In this document: piece by piece, positions 57,344 to 64,000 of the stretch
Position numbering within the stretch: position 1 is the stretch's first letter
How the letters are laid out: each line of letters opens with the position of its first letter
Source: a virus
Taxonomy: Duplodnaviria; Heunggongvirae; Uroviricota; Caudoviricetes
DNA length: 64,000 bases
Virus record (IMG/VR): IMGVR_UViG_3300021979_000001
Span: 2,948-66,947 of that record
Reading direction: 5' to 3' (one strand)
The notes under the pieces: generated by a model
Database searches by the model: none
What the model was told of the DNA's origin: nothing
The model's input: only the letters and a program-made list of their open reading frames with translations
Position numbers and translations under genes: made by a program

Positions 57344-58641
57344 CGCCGGATAACAATCGGCTTATTGGATGCCTTCTTCTTTTTTTCACCTCGATCTGAT
57401 GGGGCGTAAATCCCATAATCCCCATCAGGATCGAACCCAGACCCAAAGGAGCCGGTTAATGGCTTCGAAACACTCGCAATATTCGCCGCAGCGGTCGCCC
57501 CCGCTGTGGCGTTTTCTTTTATAGACCCAGAACCATCATTGATTAAACCAAATAATTTTTTTATGGCATTCGCATTTTCACTGCTACTATATGCAATAAC
57601 ATTAGAAATTGACAGTTTGGTTTTTGCCATTAAAATACGCAATTCACGCATTTGTTTGTCAGATGGTTTATCAATAATATTCCATTCAACTTTCATCGCC
57701 ACATCCTGGATGAAATACCTCAATTCTCGATCAGATTTTCCCAAATATTCCAAATCACGTTTAATAATAGTCCCATACGTATTCCATGATGGTAAAATAG
57801 TTGACGTGATACCATTTTTATATGCATTAAACATGCGGTTTATTTTAGTTATATATTCATTACGGTTTAGTGTAGGGTCCGACGACAATATAACTAAGTT
57901 TGCAAATTTGTTAATATATGATAATATTTCTTTTCCGCGTCTTTCATATTCAGCATTCCCCAATGCTCGAAATTCAACAACGCCATTTTCTCGCATGTTA
58001 ATTGATGTTAATGTCGGAATTGTGTTAATAACGTCTTCACCAAATTTTCTCATATCTTTAATTACAGCATTAACCCCACGTTCACCTGAAAATACGTCAT
58101 CTTTTGGTGAAAATTCTAATGATCTGTTCAGCCTTGGTAAAAGTTGGTCCACATACTGGTTTCCAACCCGGTCAAATTGTTTAAGGGTATATGTTTCATC
58201 ATAAAACAAAGCCATTTTCAGCAAGTCATAATCTGATTTTGATTTTCCCCTGATCGCAATATTAACGTGTAATCCAGTGGTATAATTGGTTATCCACTTG
58301 GCCGATTGAATAAGATCAAACACTTTTTGCATCGTCGAAAGACCATCATTAAACGAAAAGGGTGGAGAAACAATTTCGACGCCATGTTCATCATTCCCCA
58401 TAACCGATATATCTGGTTCAATCATCCAAACATTAGTTGGTTTATTTTTAACCTTATTATTATTAATAACGATTTTATCAGATGTGATTGTTTTTAGTTT
58501 TTTTGCAACATCATTAAATGCATCCGCCATCGTTAGACCATTTACCAAAATCTCAAACTCAAAACCAATAGTCAATAAATCCGATGATATGTAATCCGCC
58601 TTGTTTATTTTAAGTTCGGTGATAATATCATGATACCGCAT
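57340..58641 (-). CDS. hypothetical protein (433 aa), possibly amidoligase-like
   Basis: N-terminal TIGFEFEI motif reminiscent of the GxExE of putative amidoligases; weak. Confidence 0.3.
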   Translation of the reverse strand: MRYHDIITELKINKADYISSDLLTIGFEFEILVNGLTMADAFNDVAKKLKTITSDKIVINNNKVKNKPTNVWMIEPDISVMGNDEHGVEIVSPPFSFNDGLSTMQKVFDLIQSAKWITNYTTGLHVNIAIRGKSKSDYDLLKMALFYDETYTLKQFDRVGNQYVDQLLPRLNRSLEFSPKDDVFSGERGVNAVIKDMRKFGEDVINTIPTLTSINMRENGVVEFRALGNAEYERRGKEILSYINKFANLVILSSDPTLNRNEYITKINRMFNAYKNGITSTILPSWNTYGTIIKRDLEYLGKSDRELRYFIQDVAMKVEWNIIDKPSDKQMRELRILMAKTKLSISNVIAYSSSENANAIKKLFGLINDGSGSIKENATAGATAAANIASVSKPLTGSFGSGFDPDGDYGIYAPSDRGEKKKKASNKPIVIRR

Positions 58642-59388
58642 TCATTTATTCTTTCGGTTGGATATTGCATATGATGCTGCTGCCCCAGCGGCAACTGCGG
58701 CAAGTCCAGACAAAAAACTGGTTTTCAATTTGCTGTTTTTCTTTAGCATAGGTTCCTGGCATCCTTCGCCAGTTTCAGGATTGCACACATCATCCAGTTC
58801 AAGGTCATGTTGTCTTGCAATACGGTTCAGATATGGCAATAATTCAGACCTTGGCGCACGAACACGCAATAACTGCAACAATCGGGTCATGGCTAATTGC
58901 CGGTCAGTTTTCCCCAAATCAGGCCAATCCATCACCAATCTACGAATAGCCCGAAATGATCCGTTCTTAATTTTAAAGGTATAGTCCATTCGGGTGAATA
59001 ATCGTTTGGTAACATCGGACCTGGATTGGTTTAGTGATCCTGCCCGCATCCATCGATACAGATTGTCATAATCAATCACAATGTTATCGCGATATTTGTT
59101 ACTTTCTGCTTCATGTTTAAGCACCACATCCGGGGCATATATTGAATGCAAAATGGAATATAGATCGGTTCCATTAACCCGCCATCTATCAAAATTATCG
59201 AATTGTATTGTTTTTCTAAGATATGGACGTGCCCAGCTTTCCGTTTCATCTTCTGCCAATAAAATACGAATGGCACAAACATAAAGATACAATAATTCCA
59301 CCATATCTTCGGCTGATTTTCTCGTCAACGCGTTTTTTGACGGAAATAAATTGCTTTCTGATAAATTTCCAATAAAATCATATGTCAT
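58642..59388 (-). CDS. hypothetical protein with C-terminal TM segment
   Basis: C-terminal LSGLAAVAAGAAASYAI. Confidence 0.4.
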   Translation of the reverse strand: MTYDFIGNLSESNLFPSKNALTRKSAEDMVELLYLYVCAIRILLAEDETESWARPYLRKTIQFDNFDRWRVNGTDLYSILHSIYAPDVVLKHEAESNKYRDNIVIDYDNLYRWMRAGSLNQSRSDVTKRLFTRMDYTFKIKNGSFRAIRRLVMDWPDLGKTDRQLAMTRLLQLLRVRAPRSELLPYLNRIARQHDLELDDVCNPETGEGCQEPMLKKNSKLKTSFLSGLAAVAAGAAASYAISNRKNK

Positions 59389-59411
59389 TATGTTGTGCCA
59401 TCAATAAATTA

Positions 59412-60575
59412 TTATTTCATATTCGCGATAATTGCTGCCAGGACTTTTGATAATCTACCCGAACCAAGTTCACTAATTCGTTTTGAAAAATCTTCCAGAT
59501 TTCCATTGGTTTCATTATATATCTGATTGATTTCATCCCGATACCGGTCAACCCCCAATGATCGTAATGTTTTATCCAGTTTTGATCTATCAATTGTCGA
59601 GCGACTAATACCCGATGCGTAATCATGGCGTTTTAATTTTTCAGATTTTTTAAAGTTTGGTTCTTCTCGGCCATAACTATTACGTCCTGCATTATTGCCA
59701 TTATCAGGAGAATCATTATAATCGTCTTCATTATCATAATTATTTTCCTGGCGGTTCATCAAGATTGTTCGGGCCAGGGCGATCCAAATATTTTCCAATT
59801 CAGAATCAGATAATGGCCTATTTTCGTAAAGCATATTAAATGTTTCTGTGATCGTATCCTTACCCCGAATATTATTCTCAACCAGATACGTTGCGATATT
59901 GATTGCCATTTTTGCTTCTTTAATAGTCATTCTGGACAATTCTGGAATTTTATTAAGGACAACAGGGTTCTTTTTTAATGCTTTCAAAAATGTAATAACA
60001 CGTGCTTTCTCATTACCACCATAATCATTTGCATGATTAATGAGTTCTTTTACAGCACTAAACACTTGTCCTTTATTAACATTATCTGATTTAATTGAGG
60101 ATACGATAGATTTCATCACATCCGTTTGATATTTATTAACGGTTTGGCTGACTTTACTTTGTGGCAATTTTGGATCAGAGACCTTTGCTTGCGGTGTTTT
60201 TTGTCCACGGTTATCCATTGCTGCCTGGGAATTATCAGTAGTAGTGCCTTGGGAATTATCTGATGATGCTGATTGATTATTGTCTTTAGATGTTGCAGAC
60301 ATATCAGATGTGCGTTGTGGATTAATGTTGTATTTTTTTAAAAATTGTGCAACTGAATTTTGATCTTGTTGTAGACCCTGTGCGCCAATAAATTTATTAT
60401 ATTCTTGACTTAGTTTACCGGCCATTTTACGAATCTCTAACCGACCGTCTGCTTTTTTGCTTCCTAATGCACCCAGGGCGGCATCACGGGTAATCGCCCC
60501 GGCACGACCAAGACGCGTTTTAAGCATGTCACCCAACCCGGCTTCAAGAATGATCTTTTCCATTTCTGGCGTCAT
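59412..60575 (-). CDS. hypothetical protein (387 aa)
   Basis: intact ORF with a low-complexity Ser/Gln/Asn-rich middle. Confidence 0.45.
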   Translation of the reverse strand: MTPEMEKIILEAGLGDMLKTRLGRAGAITRDAALGALGSKKADGRLEIRKMAGKLSQEYNKFIGAQGLQQDQNSVAQFLKKYNINPQRTSDMSATSKDNNQSASSDNSQGTTTDNSQAAMDNRGQKTPQAKVSDPKLPQSKVSQTVNKYQTDVMKSIVSSIKSDNVNKGQVFSAVKELINHANDYGGNEKARVITFLKALKKNPVVLNKIPELSRMTIKEAKMAINIATYLVENNIRGKDTITETFNMLYENRPLSDSELENIWIALARTILMNRQENNYDNEDDYNDSPDNGNNAGRNSYGREEPNFKKSEKLKRHDYASGISRSTIDRSKLDKTLRSLGVDRYRDEINQIYNETNGNLEDFSKRISELGSGRLSKVLAAIIANMK

Positions 60576-60576
60576 A

Positions 60577-60843
60577 TTAATTATCCTCTTTGTTTCTTTT
60601 TGTTTCTTGTATTTTTTTTAATTTACGACCAAATTTATCAGCATCATTGCTTTTGATCGCATGAAACAACCGACGGGTTAAATCTACCGATTCTTCTTCG
60701 GTATAACTTTCTTCGATCAGACGCACCAAATTTGCGACACTGCCAATTACTTGACTAGCACGACTTTCAATGAACAAATCACGGTCCCGTATAGGTGCAT
60801 AATCAGTTAATTCGGATAATATGCTTTTGAATTTTTTATCCAT
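60577..60843 (-). CDS. hypothetical small protein (88 aa)
   Basis: intact ORF, tightly packed. Confidence 0.35.
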   Translation of the reverse strand: MDKKFKSILSELTDYAPIRDRDLFIESRASQVIGSVANLVRLIEESYTEEESVDLTRRLFHAIKSNDADKFGRKLKKIQETKRNKEDN

Positions 60844-60844
60844 G

Positions 60845-61144
60845 TTATTCGCGGCCCCGTTTATGACGTTCTATAATTGTTTCTATCATTCCGGCAGCAA
60901 GTGACATCCCAGATTCAACACCAAAGGCGTAATCTCCTTCACTATTTTCATAGTGGGACTTCAATCGAAACACCAAATCGTCAAGATCAATAATAATTTT
61001 TTCAAATGCATCATCACTTTGTTCAATGTCTTCACAAATGTCATCGTCAATATATTCTTCACCAAACACGATATTATTATATCCTTCATTAAGTTTTATG
61101 ATTTCCGACATGTAATCTGATAAATTATCCACTACGCGCACCAA
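60845..61144 (-). CDS. hypothetical small acidic protein (99 aa)
   Basis: intact ORF. Confidence 0.35.
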   Translation of the reverse strand: MVRVVDNLSDYMSEIIKLNEGYNNIVFGEEYIDDDICEDIEQSDDAFEKIIIDLDDLVFRLKSHYENSEGDYAFGVESGMSLAAGMIETIIERHKRGRE

Positions 61145-61251
61145 TTAATTTCCACTATTTATTTAGTATTTTCAAATTGATGCTACGATAACTTTTATGT
61201 TTCCCAAAAAGCAAGTGCCAGATAATTATTAATTACCTGGCACCAGTTTCA

Positions 61252-62637
61252 TTATTTATTATTTGATCGATTGATCAATGCCATAATACTGTCTCTGGGT
61301 GAATTGATCTGCGGTGATGCAACTGCATTAGTAGTTGTCGTGTTACTTTTTTGTAGTGATGAAGTAGGTGTAGTGGATTTTCCACTAAAGCTATTAAGCA
61401 TGGTATCGGGATCATCTGTTATCCGCATCGAATTAACATCATATGCCAGACGTATTTTTTGACCAACCGCAGCGGCAGAACGGGTTTTAAGAAACTGCAA
61501 TTCATATTTTCCAGTTTCGCGCATGGCAGTCGTGGTATAAATACCAAACACGTTATCAGCGGTGTTAATTTTTGAGATGCCGCCCGCAATATGTGAATGG
61601 TCAAATTCCTGCGCTTCAACCGAATTACGGTTCAACTGCGATGCTGTTGCACACAAAACATCATATTCACCAACCAGCGCCCGCAATTCTTCTGATACAT
61701 ATTTGTCTTTAACAAACAAGTCAGATGGATTGATTTTATTACTATTCGGGTGAAGCAAATCAAGATAGTCAACAACAATCGCATCCGGGCGAAACCCCAT
61801 TTCGATTTCAAATTGTTTTAGATATGCCCGCAAATCATTTGCATTGGTCCCTGCTTCTGGGAGTTTTTTAATAAAAATTTTACCATATTTTGCCGCAGTG
61901 GTTTTAATTTGAATCGATGCTTGGTTAATGTTACCCATCACTTGCTTAGTTGACGTGTTTGTTACCATCGCATCCATACGTATAGATACAAGCGTTTCAG
62001 CAAGTTCCAGGGTGAAATAAACAACTGTTTTTCCCTGGGTCGCCCAGTTTAGCGCAATGTTTTGTAAGAATAGTGATTTCCCGGAACCAGAACCCCCCGC
62101 AAAAACGTTTAATGCACCTTTAGTGAAACCACCATACAGCTTATCATCAAGCGCCTGCCATCCGGTTGATACAAAATTGGATTTATCACGTAGCGTTTCC
62201 AATCGTCCTTGTGGATCATCAAAGTAATCGGTGCCAAGATCAGTCGTAATGCTAATCGTCATTGCATCTTTAATGCGTCTTTCTACTTCGGACCCTTGGC
62301 CCGCCCGCAATAAATCAACACCATCAAGGATGATGTTTTCTAGGGCACGATACCGACAAAATTGTTCAATTGTATCCAGATACCATTGTGAATGCTGTTC
62401 AGAAACAACACTCGCATTTGTCAGAACTACATTAGTAGTTGCAGCAACCTGTTCCACCGTAGGAAGGGAGCGATATTTCTCACTGAACCCAAGAATGTAT
62501 TTAACTGCGGGGCGCAATCTGTCATCAAAGTATTCAGGTTGAATTATATTTTGACTCATAGTAAAGGCAGCAGAATCAGACAACATATATCCAATGAGAA
62601 GACGCTGAACGTCTTCTCCGTATTCTTTTAAATCCAT
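61252..62637 (-). CDS. DnaB-family replicative helicase (T4 gp41-like)
   Basis: Walker A FAGGSGSGKSLFLQN and a RecA-like core with DnaB architecture; adjacent to the primase as in the T4 41-61 pair. Confidence 0.75.
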   Translation of the reverse strand: MDLKEYGEDVQRLLIGYMLSDSAAFTMSQNIIQPEYFDDRLRPAVKYILGFSEKYRSLPTVEQVAATTNVVLTNASVVSEQHSQWYLDTIEQFCRYRALENIILDGVDLLRAGQGSEVERRIKDAMTISITTDLGTDYFDDPQGRLETLRDKSNFVSTGWQALDDKLYGGFTKGALNVFAGGSGSGKSLFLQNIALNWATQGKTVVYFTLELAETLVSIRMDAMVTNTSTKQVMGNINQASIQIKTTAAKYGKIFIKKLPEAGTNANDLRAYLKQFEIEMGFRPDAIVVDYLDLLHPNSNKINPSDLFVKDKYVSEELRALVGEYDVLCATASQLNRNSVEAQEFDHSHIAGGISKINTADNVFGIYTTTAMRETGKYELQFLKTRSAAAVGQKIRLAYDVNSMRITDDPDTMLNSFSGKSTTPTSSLQKSNTTTTNAVASPQINSPRDSIMALINRSNNK

Positions 62638-62659
62638 TTTTATAAATTCCTAAAAATAA

Positions 62660-63721
62660 TTAAATTAATGCTTTTTGTTTTACTTTAATCATTGCTTCAT
62701 TATTAGTTGCAGTTTCAATAATTGACCGCAACGTATAGATACGCCCATATCGTTTTACTGCATCATCCACATCTTTTACATCAGAATCCCACCAACCCGT
62801 GCTACGAAGCCGGGGGAATGATACCATCCATTTATATTGTAATGCGGTATCAATCATGCGCTGTCCTTGGGTATCGCGATCAGATACCAAAATTGGAATT
62901 TTACCAGATTGATTGATCCAGGCAGCTTGTTTTTCATTCAGTTTTGCACCAAGAGTAGATATACCATCTATCGCGATGGCATCAAAAATACCTTCCACAA
63001 TAATGACATATTTTCTTGATGCGGTTAAAACCCGACTATTAAACAAAATATCCGAAGGAATATTAGACCAGTATTTGGGACGAATTTTTTCATCACATGA
63101 TCGGGCAGACCAACCAACCAGCATACCTTCATGGTATATCGGAATTATTATACGACGGTTCATCTTGTGTTTTTGATCCGGGGACCAAAAATAGGTAGAC
63201 CCATTTAGAACCGTATCCCCACGATTGATTAAATATTCTGCAACCGCAAGAAAATCTGGATCAGAACAACCAGTCGTGGCGAGTTTTTCTATACTTTTTG
63301 CTTTTGGTGGCAATGATACCCTCTTGAATGAGGGTGTGAAATCAACATTGAAATGGCTCTGCACCTCGACTGAACTGCGTTCAATCATTCTCCGAACCGT
63401 TAGCATATGATGTGATAATCGTTTTACTTCCAATGATGAAATGCCAATTTCAACCATAAAATCCCGTAGATTTCGCGAAATTGTTTCACCTGGAACCCAG
63501 GACGTTTTGAACCCGCAATTGAAGCAATAAATACCAACACCACGAAAGTTTTTCTTGATACCACATCTCATTCTGGTATCACAACTTTCGCCACGGGAAA
63601 CACACATAGGGCAATTAATGTTCACAAAACTAGTCCCGGAACGCTTTCGTTTCCCAGGAATAGCAGCAACAATCGCTGCCCAAAGAAGATCATCCCCGGA
63701 TAATTGATCAATATATGACAT
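62660..63721 (-). CDS. DNA primase (T4 gp61-like: zinc ribbon + TOPRIM)
   Basis: CPMC...C..C / CFNCGF zinc-binding motifs; TOPRIM IIVEGIFDAIAIDG..VSDRD; start chosen at ATG 63721 with GAAGG 9 nt upstream (track uses a TTG at 63760). Confidence 0.7.
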   Translation of the reverse strand: MSYIDQLSGDDLLWAAIVAAIPGKRKRSGTSFVNINCPMCVSRGESCDTRMRCGIKKNFRGVGIYCFNCGFKTSWVPGETISRNLRDFMVEIGISSLEVKRLSHHMLTVRRMIERSSVEVQSHFNVDFTPSFKRVSLPPKAKSIEKLATTGCSDPDFLAVAEYLINRGDTVLNGSTYFWSPDQKHKMNRRIIIPIYHEGMLVGWSARSCDEKIRPKYWSNIPSDILFNSRVLTASRKYVIIVEGIFDAIAIDGISTLGAKLNEKQAAWINQSGKIPILVSDRDTQGQRMIDTALQYKWMVSFPRLRSTGWWDSDVKDVDDAVKRYGRIYTLRSIIETATNNEAMIKVKQKALI

Positions 63722-64000
63722 TAAAAACCTTCGGTCTTGATTATGACTAATAATACCCAATCCGATAGATTAAAGTCAATTTTTAAAAAGAATCTTTGTT
63801 ACTGTCCCTGATGCCGCAACATAAACAAATCTCACCCACCGCAATTGAGCGGTGAACGTTTTTGAAATGGTATCAACTTGATTGTAGACAACAAAAGTTT
63901 CAATTGGAAACCACTCAATATCAGTTGTTGATGGTTGATCTTCTATCGATCCTTCGATAATTACACTACCAGTGAAATCATCAAAATAAAATGCAACCGT

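Noticed and set aside
62660-63760. Track start of the primase at 63760
   Set aside because: That codon is TTG with no Shine-Dalgarno. The ATG at 63721 has GAAGG 9 nt upstream.

Overview
AT-rich, phage-like genome segment that I interpret as a T4-like myophage or jumbo phage. Supporting genes: a gp41/DnaB-like helicase next to a gp61-like primase, class I RNR nrdA and nrdB, a gp5.4-like PAAR protein, an Acb1-like 2H phosphoesterase, a GatB/YqeY protein and an FlgJ-type peptidoglycan hydrolase. The left 18.6 kb (48..18594) is a head-to-tail array on the minus strand of about 57 intact and 7 decayed small genes of 220-330 bp each. Every unit encodes a 30-107 aa protein made of a conserved 20-25 aa N-terminal leader and a hypervariable, strictly alternating (Gly-X)n core, with X mostly Tyr, His, Asp, Ser, Asn or Phe. 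Gly wobble positions vary synonymously between copies while the alternation is kept. The units fall into blocks of subfamilies, are separated by short conserved AT-rich spacers, and several copies are disrupted by microsatellite expansions. I cannot place this system in any gene family I know, and it is the main finding. Downstream on the same strand lies a cluster of putative modification enzymes: a Stf0-like sulfotransferase, a radical SAM/SPASM-like protein, an FkbM-like fold protein and three paralogs of unknown function. A second radical SAM paralog sits at 50.9 kb beside a methyltransferase and a 2OG-Fe oxygenase. Other points of interest: nrdA is split exactly at the catalytic SNL|CTEI site by a naturally split intein, and the C-terminal half has its own RBS and ATG. 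Three GC-rich islands look horizontally acquired: a NYN/LabA protein, a PL7-like alginate-lyase lipoprotein and a Ros/MucR regulator with a degenerate zinc site, which points to an alphaproteobacterial host. There is also a two-TM K+ channel with an RCK domain, a tandem family of five membrane-protein paralogs, an SPFH/flotillin protein and two very acidic low-complexity proteins. Gene calls come from the ORF track plus my reading of start codons. The track sometimes starts ORFs at TTG/GTG or too far upstream, and those starts were adjusted where noted.
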